Part shown: positions 9,659 through 22,585 of the stretch, one piece after another
Numbering within the stretch: position 1 is the first letter of the stretch
Layout: each line of letters starts with the position of its first letter
Source: Somniosus microcephalus
Lineage: Eukaryota
Reading direction: 5' to 3'
DNA length: 64,000 bases
Assembly (NCBI GenBank): GCA_052327205.1
Contig: CM126209.1
Location: 61,876,001 to 61,940,000 of the forward strand
Notes under the pieces: generated by a model
Told to the model about the DNA's origin: nothing
The model's database searches: none
The model's input: only the letters and a program-made list of their open reading frames with translations
Program-made: the position numbers and the translations under genes

Positions 9659-12622
9659 AAACATACACGGGGCAAAGAGTATACCCCATCGGGAAGATAG
9701 AGGTAAAGGTGGTCCACAAGGGCAAAGAAAGCCGAGGAATGGACTTATATGTGCTACCTGAGGGAGGTCCACCACTACTGGGACGGGAGTGGATTAGGAA
9801 AATAAATATGGACTGGCATCCCTTAAAAGCACCAACGGTAGATTCCGGTAAAAAAGATGTCAAACCTAAACGATTGTCCAGAATATTGGACGATGCTAAA
9901 GAGGTGTTCCAACAGGGACTGGGAACACTGAGAGGAATTACGGCAAACATCAAGGTTGAAGAACATGCAAACCCGAAATTTTTCAAAGCCAGACCGGTAC
10001 CTTATGCGATACGGCCGGCTGTGGAAGCGGAGCTGGAAGGGCTAGAACGTTCAGGAGTACTGTCTAAGGTAGACTGGAGTGAGTGGGCTACGCCCATTGT
10101 TCCCGTCATGAAGCGTTCATCGAGCAACAAGCCGGGGGAACCGGGGAAGGTGCGCATCTGTGGAGATTTCAAGATCACTGTTAATCCGGTGCTTCACACG
10201 GTGCAGTATCCGCTTCCGCGGATTGAGGATATCTTCGCTTCGTTGTCTGGCGGGAAACACTTCAAGATAGACCTGGCGCAGGCGTACTTACAGATGGAAG
10301 TTGAGGAAGAGTCACACCAGTATCTCACGATCAACACGCATTAGAGGCTTGTACCGGTATAATAGACTGGTTTTTGGAGTGGCATCGGCTCCAGCAATTT
10401 GGCAGAGGGCCATGGAGCAGGTATTACAGGGAATTCCAGGCACACAATGTTACCTGGACGATATTCTGATTACAGGAGAGGGTGACGAGGAACACCTTGC
10501 AAATTTGGAACTGGTGCTCACCAGATTGAAAGAATATGGACTTCGAGTTAATCGCCAGAAATGAGAGTTCTTTCAGAAGCGGATCTCGTACTGTGGTCAT
10601 GTCATTGACCAGGAGGGGCTTCCTAAGTCTCCTGACAAGATCGAAGCTGTTGTGAAGGCTCCCGCTCCGGATAATGTATCCCAGTTGAGGTCGTTCCTAG
10701 GGTTGATGAACTATTACCATAAGTTTCTGCCAAATTTATCCACGGTGCTGCACCCGCTGAATGCTCTTTTGCAGAAGGGAGTACCATGGAAGTGGAGCGA
10801 GGACTGTAAGAGGGCCTTTCGCAAAAGCAAGGCATTGATCACCTCAGAGGAAGTGTTGGCTCACTTCAACCCAACGCTGCCTATTCGTTTGGCTTGTGAT
10901 GCTTCTCCATATGGTATTGGGGCAGTACTCTCACACAAGTTGCCAAATGGCCTGGAGAGGCCAGTCGCGTTCGCATCCAGATCATTGACCTCCGCGGAGC
11001 GCAACGCAACTATGCTCAGATAGATAGGGAGGCTCTCAGCCTTGGGAGTAAAGAAGTTTAATCATTACCTGCAGGGCCAAAAGTTTATGCTTCTGACAGA
11101 CCACCAGCCATTGGTATCCATTTTTAACCCTAAGAAGGGTGTTTCGGTGATGACAGCACAGAGACTCCAGAGATGGTCCCTTTTCCTAAGGGCACATCAA
11201 TATCAGATTGAATTCAAAGGTACAAAGCAGCATGGTAATGCTGATGGGCTGTCGCGCCTGCCACTACCTACAGAGGAGGAGGCACCGACGGTTGACCCTG
11301 TTGAGTTATTTCACTCGACCATCGTCGAATGTTTACCAGTCACCAATGCAAGTATTGAAAGAGAAACCAGGAACGACCCGACACTGTCCTGGGTCTACGA
11401 AGTGACAGTGAAGGGATGGCCAGCACATGGTGATCCACTGTTACCGGCATTCTCAGCAAGACGAGAACAGCTGCCCGTCTGTCAAGGAACATTGATGTAT
11501 GGAACAAGGGTGATTATTCCTCCTAAGTTAAGAGAGAGAGAGTTCTAACTGCATGAAGGTCATCTGGGGGGAGTCAAGATGAAAAGCCTTGCTAGGGCTT
11601 ATGTGTGGTGGCCGGGTATCGACCAACAGATAGAGGAGCTGACGAAAAGCTGCTCAGGGTGCCAAAAAGTGCAAAATGCACCTCCGATTGCACCGCTGCA
11701 TCCATGGGAATGGCCTTCAACCCCATGGCAATGTGTACATATTGACTTTGCTGGTCCATTCATGGACTCCATGTTTTTAATTGCGGTGGACGCACATTCT
11801 AAATGGCCAGAAGTGATTAAGATGACTACCAGTACCTCGGAAAAGACGATCGCGGTGCTAAGAACGATATTTGCAAGAAATGGATTGCCAGAACAAACAT
11901 GTTCAGACAACGGACCGCAGTCCATGTCAGAAGAATTCCAGAAATTCATGAAGAAGAATGGGGTGAAACATTATACCTCTGCCCCATATCATCCGGCTAC
12001 AAACGGGTTGGCCGAGAGATTTGTACAAACGTTCAAAAAAGCGATAAAGGCCATGAGCGAAGATCAGATTCCACTACAACACAAGGTGGACAAATTCCTA
12101 CTGGCATATCGAAACGCCACTCATGCAGTGACAAACCAAAGTCCTGCCATGATGTTCTATAACAGGAGGTTGCGGTCCAGGTTGGACTTGTTAAAACCAA
12201 ATGTGCGGAGGGAAGTTGAAAACAAACAGTTCCAGCATATAAATAACAAGGCCACTCGGAGTTTCGAAATAGGACAACCAGTGTTAGCCCGGGACTATAA
12301 AAACGAGAAATGGCAATCTGGAACAATTCGGGCCAGACAAGGACCCCTGATGTACACGGTAGATATTGGGGAAAATGTAATACGGCGTCATGCTGACCAA
12401 CTGGTAGAATCGAGAACAAGGGTCGAACCCATGGTTACGGCAGAGACAACCGTGGAAGAAGTTAGTGAACCTGAAGCATCTACCTCAGAAGTGAATGTAC
12501 CTGATGATGTCCAATCCATAAGAGACCAACTAGCTGAGTCACCCCAGCAACGAGAATCAGAGACCCCTGAAAGGCGTTATCCAACTCGAATCAGGAGGCC
12601 TCCTCAGAGACTGAATCTTTGA
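9655..12622 (+). pseudogene. Gypsy Pol (RT, RNase H, integrase) broken by frameshifts and a stop codon
   Basis: SEWATPIVPV, RICGDFK, YLDD, LACDASPYGIGAVL, TDHQPL, HEGH..CSGC, HIDFAGP, SDNGPQ and NGLAERFV motifs spread over five ORF pieces; TGA at 10562. Confidence 0.92.
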
Positions 12623-12679
12623 ACGTCTGTCTGTGATGTTAAATGGGGATATAACTGTTAAGCTAAAAAAAGGGAGGAT

Positions 12680-12912
12680 TGTGGTGTATGTAACCTGTTC
12701 CACCTTAAGAGAACTACCTTAAGAGATGTACTACTTTCTCTTGGCTGCTGTATACTGTAATACCGGTGTGGTCACCACCGGTATTACAAGTGTTGTGTAG
12801 GGATTTGCTGGGCAGTTCAGCCCTGACCTCCGAATAGTAAAGACCTGTTAAAAGTTATTCTTGTTGTCTGTGTCCAGTGATTGACCATAAGCATAACTGG
12901 GACACAGACTCA
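12680..12912 (+). repeat. 3' LTR of the Gypsy element
   Basis: Follows the polypurine tract, ends in CA before the TSD, matches the 5' LTR. Confidence 0.93.
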
Positions 12913-14330
12913 GACTGCAGCCCACTAAACACTGCAATTTTGTATGACCAGGGTAGGCTAGAATTTCTACCTGTTGATATTTATGGTTGCTTCCATCTCA
13001 TTGGACATCGAGGAGCAAACATCTTTGGGCTCTGGCATTATCTACAGCTCTTAATCACCCTTATCTGTACAGCAGGTACTTGCTGAACATGACTATTTCC
13101 TGTACAAGCGCTCTCAACCCAGTTCCAGAAGTTATTGTTTAGGTCATCTACAGGTCAGCCTTCAATAACCAACTAGTTCAAGGCATTTAACTCTTCTTTT
13201 GCCAGCTACTTTTTCATGCAGCAAATTTTTTTTATTTTAAAAAAAATAATAAAAAACAGGAAAATTTGAAAGCTTATTCAAGTAATCCTATTTTATTATA
13301 AATGCACCTAGCAACTACTGCCACACAATTGCCTAGAATTGAGAGTCAGGGAGCACAAACTGAAATTTACAGCAGTACTGCATTTGCATTGGACCCCAGA
13401 GAAATGCAACAACTTAGAGTTGCAACAGTGACACTTGAGCCTAGATATTCAAAACCTAAAACATGAAGAGTGAGTTTTCTCCCAGGTGTCAGAGTCACAA
13501 GGTACCTGCTGCACCTCAGCGTGCAAATGTCTGCTCAATTTTCCTGGCTTAGGCCATTTGCATGGCACAGGTCTGCCCTTGGCTGCACCTTATGCTGGGA
13601 TTGACTGGTTGAAACAGGAGCATAACTCTACACCCAAGAGTCCAGTCACCAGCATCCAGGCCTATTAGAGCAGCAGCAGCCAGAAGGCCCAAAGATTGCA
13701 CTGGGGATCAAAAAGTTAGTTACATTCTGTCTCCTTTATCTTTGAGATGCTGCAGGACACCCTACAAACACCTCTTCCTGCCTTATTAGCATCCTTAGTG
13801 CCCCTATAGCAAGTTATTTTGCAAAACCCTAGAAATCCCAGGGTGATGTAGTGGAGGCACGGACCGGAGGCAACAAGTCTCCGTGCCCATGTCCTCCTCC
13901 CTGGACCTGGGAACTGAGCACACCCCACACTCACTATATAAACTTTACAATAGTATTTGTAAAGATCTAGTCGCATGTTAAAAAAGAGAACACGGAAACA
14001 ATTTCTTGTTAAAAAGATCCTGAACTGAAGGATTGGAGACAAGTGATCAAAAGCGTGGCAGAGCTATGGTTGAACTCCCGCACTTTCCATTTTGTACTGG
14101 AGGTTTTACTACAGTAGATCAGCTACTCCTTTCTGTAGAATTAATTCTCAGAATTTACACATTAGTGGTAGCACATCACTACTGTGGGATAGAATACCCA
14201 CAAAGAAGACAGGGTCAAGTTTTTAAAAAATATACATCCAAGACATTTGGGAGCTCAGATACAGAACATGACAATATTTCTAACAGTTTGTTAAATAAAC
14301 TTTACTGGATGAAGTTCGACAAGCACATAC

Positions 14331-14408
14331 CTGAAAAGCTGTCTTTGTCCATCGCAACTATGGCTCTTGCTTGATAAACATAGCAACGAAGGTGATAGAT
14401 TAAAGGCC
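14331..14408 (-). CDS. MYOF: Myoferlin exon, start of C2D ([26 protein letters not shown])
   Basis: cag/gtatg splice sites; YHLRCYxYQAR motif. Confidence 0.95.
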
Positions 14409-14998
14409 CTGGAATAAAACACCAGCATTACCAAAAGGGTGCTCTAGTCTAGATTACGCTCCTAAATTAAGTGTCAGTGTGAATCCAGCATGAAGGCCCA
14501 AACTGATACTGAAGTGAAGCAGAAAAAAAACTCCTCCTCTGGAGAGCCCCACCCTGCTTTGCTCCACTGGTTGGTCAAGCCCCAACTCCAGATTCAGCCA
14601 GCATCTACATTATAACTAATACTGGTGCAAAGTGAAGCACACACACGCACGCACGCATATAAATTGAAGAGCAAAAGTAAATGGGAATAGCCTAGTGCTT
14701 AAAATACACATTTTTATTCAATATCTATCAGGGTAAATACAGTAGCTTTAAAACATTATTACAAATTGGGAAAAACAGGAAGACAGAGATTTCTGGGTAA
14801 TGGTGCAGTGGAGAGGGAAGAGGAGGCAGCGATGGGAGAAGCACAAAACACACAGTATTCAGGCGTTAGTGAAAGACATTAGTTTTGGTGAATAATTTCA
14901 CAGGAAGATCAGCCTTTACTCTGCCACACAACTATTGGTGGAAGATACAGTCTATGGCATTGTGGCAGGATGCTCAGAACAGTGGGGTTTTTACTTAC

Positions 14999-15080
14999 GG
15001 TCAAACACACAGGAGATCATGGGGGCACTTGCTCCGAACACAGATTCTGTAGTTGGTGATTCCTCACCAGAAGCTGGAGC
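14999..15080 (-). CDS. MYOF: Myoferlin exon (APASGEESPTTESVFGASAPMISCVFD)
   Basis: aag/gtaagt splice sites, phase 0-1; matches VFGANTPIVSCNFD. Confidence 0.88.
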
Positions 15081-15605
15081 CTTAAAAAGACAGAACAAAC
15101 CACAAAAGATATCTTTAGGGTCATTTATTTTGCCCAGACAGCTCCACTCCATAGCCACATCACACAAAGGAAGTGAAATTTTCATGTCAAACTTTGAAAA
15201 CATTACATAATGCAAAAGCAAATATACACCCACAAATCTTGGAATACACCAGTTACAACTACAGGTGAACATTGCAAAATGTTGTTTGTGCTGAAATGGC
15301 TATGAAGCAATACAATAATCCTTGTTGCACAGCTCACTAGATCCTTAGAAAGCTGAATAAATTTTTTTTGTTTGGAAGTAAAGTACTACATCTTGCACCA
15401 CATGGAATAAACCAAGTATAGAAAATTGCATTAATTAAAAAAAAATTGCACAAATTAACAGATTAGAACAGTTAACCTTTGTGAGAACGACAGTTCCTGA
15501 TCTAGTGCTACCCCATCCAGTAATTTAACTAACTACAAGAATATGCAAGTTTTACAGACAGAGAAGGTGTTACCTAGTTTAAAAAAAAGAGATCCCAATA
15601 CTTAC

Positions 15606-15779
15606 AAGAGCACCTTCGAGTTTGAAGACTGCTGCAGCCCCAAGTCGTCCAGATGGGGCCATTTTTCTTCTCCATCTTCTGCGTCTGTAAGTATCTGATT
15701 TCCGCTGCTTTAAGTGAAAGTTCCAGCCGATCAGAGATGCATATTCCCACCCTTCGGAACCCTGGTCAGGCGATTTGCT
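15606..15779 (-). CDS. MYOF: Myoferlin exon, outer DysF C-terminal part ([11 protein letters not shown]...RRRRWRRKM...FKLEGAL)
   Basis: cag/gtaagt splice sites; DysF GWEY and RRRRW motifs. Confidence 0.95.
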
Positions 15780-16182
15780 CTGCAAGTTGGAAGCAAGTCA
15801 AAGCCAACAGAAAATGCAAAATATCAGCAACAGATAGTGACGTTTTAGATTAACAATATTGCCAATATGCTGCTGTTGCTATTTTAGGTTTTATCACTAG
15901 AATTAACTTGGTTTCTGCAGCTAAAAGCACACATCCAGTAACATAATGAACTACATGAATATACAAGTTTCACAGACAGGAGGTCAGAGGGGAAAGCATC
16001 CAAATATAAATCATGGAACAAAAATTGATTTTTAGGAGAAATATTTCAATGGACTATTTCTACAATCCAAGAGCTTTAGGATCACACCCAAACCCTTTCA
16101 GCACGATAGGCAGCTTTGACATCACCCTACTGCTTGTTGCAACTTTCAAACAACACAGTTTCTACAGACTGTCAGAACTCAC

Positions 16183-16325
16183 CTTTGATGGCAGTTCAGT
16201 TTGCTGACTGTCTCTCTTGCGCCGTCGCACCCAGCGCCTACGCTTGTGGGTATGATACATTTTCTCTGTTGAGACCCAGGATTTGGGTTTGTCATCTGGG
16301 GGTATTGTTATTCCGTACTCCCAAC
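16183..16325 (-). CDS. MYOF: Myoferlin exon, inner DysF ([36 protein letters not shown])
   Basis: cag/gtgagt splice sites; DysF motif. Confidence 0.95.
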
Positions 16326-16661
16326 CTGCAATGTATAGAAGTGGGGGAAAAAAAATTGGAAAAAATGACAAAATGGATCCAAGATTTTAAAACTCACCAA
16401 CAATTTTGAAACAGTAGCAAGTTACAAAAGTCACACACAGTTTGGAAAGCAGAGTTATTCCATCATGTTTGTCATGGTATTAGGAGGGTGAAGGCAACTC
16501 CGTGCAGATTGGGTCTCCCACCGTTTTCAAGCGAGGAGAACAAAATGTGATAAGTGAACTTAATTATGAATTACGGTGTAAGATAAAACCAAGGTTATTG
16601 ATTTGTCACAGCATGACAGACCATGACAAATCCTGTGATTTGTTACCTAACTTGAGAAGCA

Positions 16662-16700
<39 letters not shown>

Positions 16701-16934
16701 CCACTTTTCTGGAAATTAGAAAAATCTGCAATAAAACAAGAGAAACAAACTTGAGTGGGGTTCTGTACTGTAACAGCAGTAGCCATTAAGATACCGTTTG
16801 GTTTGAGCCATGCCAGTGCTGGCAGCTCCTGATGTGCGCAGCCAGTGGCAGCTCCGGAGTAAACTTGCCAGATTTGCCATTTGCTGGTGGTCTTTCTGGC
16901 CTTTGTGAATCTGTCACGTTTCCTTTGGGACAGT

Positions 16935-17160
16935 ACCCCTCCAAGTCACACACCATCCTGACTTAGAAATATATTGCTGATCCTTCATCACTGGCTCAAA
17001 ATCCTGGAACTCCCTAACAGCACTGTGGGAGTACCTTCACCACATGGACTGCAGCAGTTCAAGAAGCCGGCTCACCACCACCTTCTCGAGGGCAATTAGG
17101 GATGGGCAATAAATGCTGGCCTCACCAGCGACACCCACATCCTATAAACGAATAAAAAAA
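16935..17160 (+). mobile_element. LINE 3' end fragment (CR1/L2-group), same family as 36345-36890
   Basis: cacaccatcctgact..tcctggaactccct..ttcaagaag..gggcaataaatgctggcc; the reverse complement recurs at 36345-36890. Confidence 0.65.
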
Positions 17161-17164
17161 AAAG

Positions 17165-17480
17165 CTGGGATTGTTCTCCTTGGAGCAGAGAAGGTGAAGG
17201 AGAGATTTAATAGAGCTATTCAAATGTCTTCACTGGCAGGAGGGTCAGTAACTAGAGGATAAAATCGGCAAGAGAACCAAAGGCAAGATGAGAATTTTTT
17301 TTTAAGCAAGTTATGATCTGGAATGCACAGCCTGAAAGGGCAATGGAAGCAGATTCAATAGGGAATTGGATAAATACTTGAAAGGAAAAATCTGCAGAGC
17401 TACGGGGAAAGAACAGGGGAGCGGAGCTGGCACAGGCACAATGGGCCAAATGGCCTCCTTCTGTGCTGTACCATTCTATG
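17165..17480 (+). mobile_element. CR1 LINE 3' fragment
   Basis: LGLFSLEQRR-like coding remnant and the tail gggccaaatggcctccttctgtgctgta. Confidence 0.7.
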
Positions 17481-17804
17481 AAGTGCACGAGACAAAAGCC
17501 TGTGGCACTAGCAGGGCAAAAAATATAAAAGCTACTGCCAGTGTGCCATACAGCCCTCACGGATACATTAGCACCACCAACACACTACAGTTGATCCCAC
17601 TTAAATATTTCTACTATTTAATAAAAACCATGATTCACAACCAAAATAGTGTTGAGTAGCAAAGGTTAAAACAAATCCCACTAGAATTGTTGCATTACCT
17701 CCCTTCAAGAAAAAGGATGCTATTCAACAGCACTTTCTTGAATGCAGTTCTGCCCTGTAATTTTTGGGTAAATTTCCCCATGACAAATCATTAGGGTTAG
17801 GTAT

Positions 17805-20800
17805 GAATCATACAATAGTACAACACAGGAGGCCATTCTGTCCAGAGTCTCTGCCAGCTCTTTCGAAGAGCAATCCAGTTAGTCCCACTCCCCCGCTCTT
17901 CCCCATATCCCTGCAATTTTTTTCCTTCAAGTATTTATCCAGTTTTCTTTTGAAGGCTACTATTGAATGCGTCAACCACCATCAGGCAGTGCATTCCAAA
18001 TCCTAACCACTCTTCTAAAAAGGTTTTTCCTCATGTCGCCTCTGGTTCTTTTACCAATCACCTTAAACCTGTGCCCTCTGGTTATTGACCCTCCCGCTAT
18101 GGGAAACAGTTTCTCTTTATTTACTCTCTCTAAATCCTTCATGATTATCTCAAATCTCCTCTTGGCCTTCTCTGCTCCAAGGACAACAACCCCAGCGTCT
18201 CCAGTCTATACACACAACTGTAATGCCTCATCCCTGGAACCATTCTAATAAATCTCTTCTGCACCCTCTCCAAAGCCTTCACATCCTTCCTGAAGTGCAG
18301 TGCCCAGAATTGGACACAATGCTCCAGCTGGGGCTAAACTAGTATTTTATAAAGGTTTAGCATAACTTCCTGGCTTTTATACTCTATGCCTCTATTTATA
18401 AAGCCCAGGATCCCATATACTTTATTAACTGCTTTGTTAACCTGTCCTGCCACCTTCAAAGATTTGTGCACAAACACTCCTTGGTGTCCCTTTTCTTCCA
18501 CCCCCTTTAAAATTGTACCATTCAGCTTGTATTGTCTCATTCTTCCTACCAAAATGCACCACCTCACACTTTACTGCATTGAATTTCATCTGCCATGTGT
18601 CCACCCATTCCAGCAGCTTGTCTATATCCTCTTGAAGTCTATAACCATCTTTCTCACGGTTTACTGCATTTCCAAGTTTCAGGGCATCTGCAAATTTCAA
18701 AATTGCAACCTGTATCCCCAAATCCAAGTCATTAAATGTACATCATAAACAGCAGCAGTTCTAGTACTGATCCCTGGGGAAACATAGAAAATAGGAGCAG
18801 GAGTAGGCCATTCGGCCCCTCGAGCCTGCTCCGCCATTTAATGAGATCATGGCTGATCATCCAAATTCAGTACCCTGTCCCTGCTTTCTCCCTATATCCC
18901 TTTAGCCTTAAGAAATATATCTAACTCCTTCTTCAATATATTTAATAAGTTGGCCTCAACTGCCTTCTGTGGTAGAGAATTCCACAGGTTCACCACTCTC
19001 TGGGTGAAGAAATTCCTCCTCCTCTCTGTCCTAAATGGCTTACCCCTTATCCTTAGACTGTGAACCCTGGTTGGGGACTCCCCCCGCCATCGGGAACATC
19101 CTTCCTGCATCTAGTCTGTCTAGCCCTGTTAGAATTTTATAAGTTTCAATGAGCTCCCCGCTCATTCTTCTAAACTCGTGAATAAGCGCCTAATCGACCC
19201 AATCTCTTTTCATATGTCATTCTTGCCATCCCAGGTATCAGTCTGGTGAATCTTCGCTACACCCCCTCCATGGCAAGAACATCCTTCCTCAGATAAGGCG
19301 ACCAAAACTATACACAATACTCAAGGTGTGGTCTCACCAAGGCCCTTTACAACTGCAGCAAGACATCCTTGCACTTGTACTCGAATCCTCTCGCTATGAA
19401 GGCCAACATACCATTTGCCTTCTTAACCGCCTGCTGCACCTGCATGCTTACCTTCAGCGACTGGTGCACAAGGACACCCAGGTCTCGTCATACTTCCCCT
19501 TTTCCCAATCTATTGCCGTTCAGATAATAATCTGTCTCCCTGTTTTTGCCACCAAAGTGGATAACCTCGCATTTATCCACATTATACTGCATCTGCCCAA
19601 TCACCCAACCTGTCCAAATCATACTGGAGTTTCTCGGCATCCTCCTCACAGCACACATGCCCACCCAGCTTTGTGTCATCTGCAAACTTGAGATATTACA
19701 TCTAGTTCCTTCATCTAGATCATTAATATATATAGTCAATAGCTGGGGTCCTAGCACCGATCCCTGCGGTACCCCACTAGTCACTGCCTGCCACTCGGAA
19801 AAAGAGCAGTTTATTCCAACTCTCTGCTTCCTTTCTGCCAACCAGTTCACTATCGAAGTCAGTACCTTTCCCCCAATCCCATGTGCTTTAACTGTGCACG
19901 CCAATCTCTTATGCGGGACCTTATCGAAAGCCTTCTGAAAGTCCAAATACACCACATCCACTGGTTCTCCCTTATCTATTCTACCAGTTACATCCTCAAA
20001 AAATTCCAGTAGATTAGTCAAACACGATTGACCTTTTGTAAATCCATGTTGACTTTGTCCGATCCTGTCACTGTTTTCCAAGTGCTCTGCTATTACATCT
20101 TTTATAATGGACTCTAGCATTTTCCCCCACTACCGATGTCAGGCTTACCAGTCTAGAATTCCCTGTTTTCTCTCTACCACCTTTTTTGAATAGTGGGGTT
20201 ACATTAGCTACCCTTCAATCCATGGGAACTGTTCCAGAATTCTATCATATTAGGATTGCTCCTCCCCAAGGAGCCTCACAGAACAGTGTTAATTAATCCT
20301 CTCTCATTACATAATACCCAGTCTAAGATGGCCTGATTTCTAGTCGGTTCCTCGACATTTTGGTCCAGGAAACCATCCCGTATACAGTCTAGGAATTCCT
20401 CCTCCACATTACTACCAATTTGGTTAGCCCAATCTATACGTAGATTAGTCACCCATGATAACTGCTGTGCCCTTATTGCACACGTGTCTAATTTCCCGTT
20501 TAATGCCACCCCCAACCTCAGCATTACTGTTTGGGGGGTCTGTATACAACTCCCACTAATGTTTTCTGCCCCTTGGTATTTCTCAGCTCTACCCATACAG
20601 ATTCCACATCATCAGAGCTAATATCGTTCTTTACTATTGTTAATCTCCTCTTTAACCAGCAATGCTACCCCACCTCCTTTTCCTTTTTGCCCATCCTTCC
20701 CGAATATTGAATTTCCAGCCTTGGTCACCCTGAAGCCATGTCTCCGTAATTCCAATTACATCATATCCGTTTACATCTATTTGCGCAGCTAATTCATCCA

Positions 20801-21320
20801 CCTTATTACGAATGCTCCTCGCAGTAAGACACAAAGCCTTCAGGCTTGTTTTTAAACACTTAGACTTTTTAGAATTATTATTTACTGTAGCCCTGTTTGA
20901 TTTGCACCCTTGATTTCTCTACATTCCACTTTTGCTTTTCTACTTCCCGTCTTTTGTTTCTATCCTCGCTTCCCTTTCCTCTGTCTCCCTGCACATGTTC
21001 CCAACTCCCTGCCATTTTAGTTTAAACCTTCAACAAACACTAGTAAACACTCCCCCTAGGATATCGGTCCCAGTCCCGCCCAGGTGCAGAACATCACTGT
21101 ACACCTCCCTCCAGTCCAAAACCACAACGGTTTTCTATCCCGTAGCCAATTTTGCATCCCTACTGCCCCTTTTATCCCATGGGCTTTAACTTTGCTAACA
21201 AGCCTAAATATGTGGCACTTCATCAAATGCCTTTTGAATGTCCATATTCACATCAACTGCACTGCCCTCATCCACCCAATCCTAGCGCATCAAAAATCTC
21301 AATCAAGTTAGTCAAACACA
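17805..21320 (-). mobile_element. Degenerate CR1 LINE (outer: 17805-18780 and 21089-21320) interrupted by a second CR1
   Basis: RT remnants KFADALKLG, WQMKFNAVKCEVVHFG and ILGFINRGIEYKS; the GVPQGSVL-coding segment is split at 18780 and resumes near 21089. Confidence 0.8.
18781..21088 (-). mobile_element. Inner, younger CR1 LINE with APE endonuclease and RT remnants, internally deleted
   Basis: ARSIRNKVDEL..IGITETWL (APE); QHGFTKGQSCLTNLLEFFE, YLDFQKAFDKVPH, GVPQGSVLGP (RT); 3' tail begins at 18781. Confidence 0.9.
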
Positions 21321-22482
21321 TATGGCAGAAGAATCATTTGTTAAATTTATCAGCTCCAAACCAATAATGCTTTAAGCAGTTTAACAGGTACAGCAAGATT
21401 CATTAATCACTAGTTCCTGGGCTAGTGTGGGATGAGCACCCAATATTTCTATTTTGGGCACCAACACATCTCTATAACACTGCATGCACAATTTTATATT
21501 TAGAAAAAGCTTCGCAAAGCAGAACATGCCATAAAAAACCTCCAATACAGATTCAGGCCAACTCAAAACATGCAAGAGGCTGCTAAGGGTTTTTCATCAG
21601 ACCAAGATTACTGAGTTTTAAATCAATTTACAAACATTTCTTCACATCAGCATAATTGTGTCAGTAAGTACTTTCAATGCCTCATGGTTTCCGTGTTAAT
21701 TGAACTCATTGCGAGCAGCCCTCCACAAATTCCCAACAATCGGAGTTTGGGTTTTATCGTGGTTGGCTCTACACTCAGTATCCAAGACCACCTGCATTTT
21801 GTCCAGATGCAACAAATGGCAACAGAAACATGCTCTGCCCAACCTTAGCCAGCCACAAAGACATCCTACACAATTACTTCACGTAGCATTATCTAGTAAA
21901 CAGATCAAAGCATTTGGCTTACACACCAAAACAGGCACAAAATGATCTTTTAAAAAGTTTGTCAGCAGTGTTACAAGAAATGCAACATCTCACAGGTAAC
22001 GTTGTTCAGCTGGTGCTTTGAAATCATGCACTTGCAAATTATTAAGTCTTAAAAAGTACATTTACAGGTGAAACAACTATACAGAATTGAGGATGCAGCA
22101 TATTGAATAAAAGGATGGCACTTGACCCATCAACATGACTAATCAATGAGAAGGAACTAACATTAAAAAGGTTATTATTGAGGTATCTGAACTTTAAAGA
22201 TATGGTTACATCCCAATATTTCCATTTTTGAAACTATTGCAAAGTGATGAAAGGAAATGATAAAGATTGGGTTGAAAATAAAATTCTTTAGATAGCTTGT
22301 TACTACTTTAGATGGACACCAGTGGAAGATAAACTCTTTCTCCCCTTTTCTCTTCCTGCTTTTCACCTCAAAACATTTATTGCAAGTTAAGAGGAAATTT
22401 ATTTTAAAAATCCAGCCTGGAACAATTAAACAAGAAACATTTTCCCCACATACAACAGTAGGTTGATATCAAAAAAAATCAC

Positions 22483-22585
22483 CTCTCTCATCCACAGCTC
22501 GATTGACATCATACTCCCACTCCGCCACCCAACGCCAGCCAGGTGGAACCTCAATCTCCTCTTTTGACAAAGACTTTTCACCATT
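22483..22585 (-). CDS. MYOF: Myoferlin exon, DysF ([34 protein letters not shown])
   Basis: tag/gtgat splice sites, phase 0-1. Confidence 0.92.

Larger units (their letters stand above)
7785..12912 (+). mobile_element. Full-length Gypsy/Ty3 (Mag-like) LTR retrotransposon, antisense to MYOF
   Basis: TG..CA LTRs at 7785-8016 and 12680-12912; 5-bp TSD GACTG (7780-7784 and 12913-12917); PBS TGGCGACGAG at 8021; PPT aaaaaaagggagga; domain order gag-PR-RT-RH-IN. Confidence 0.95.
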
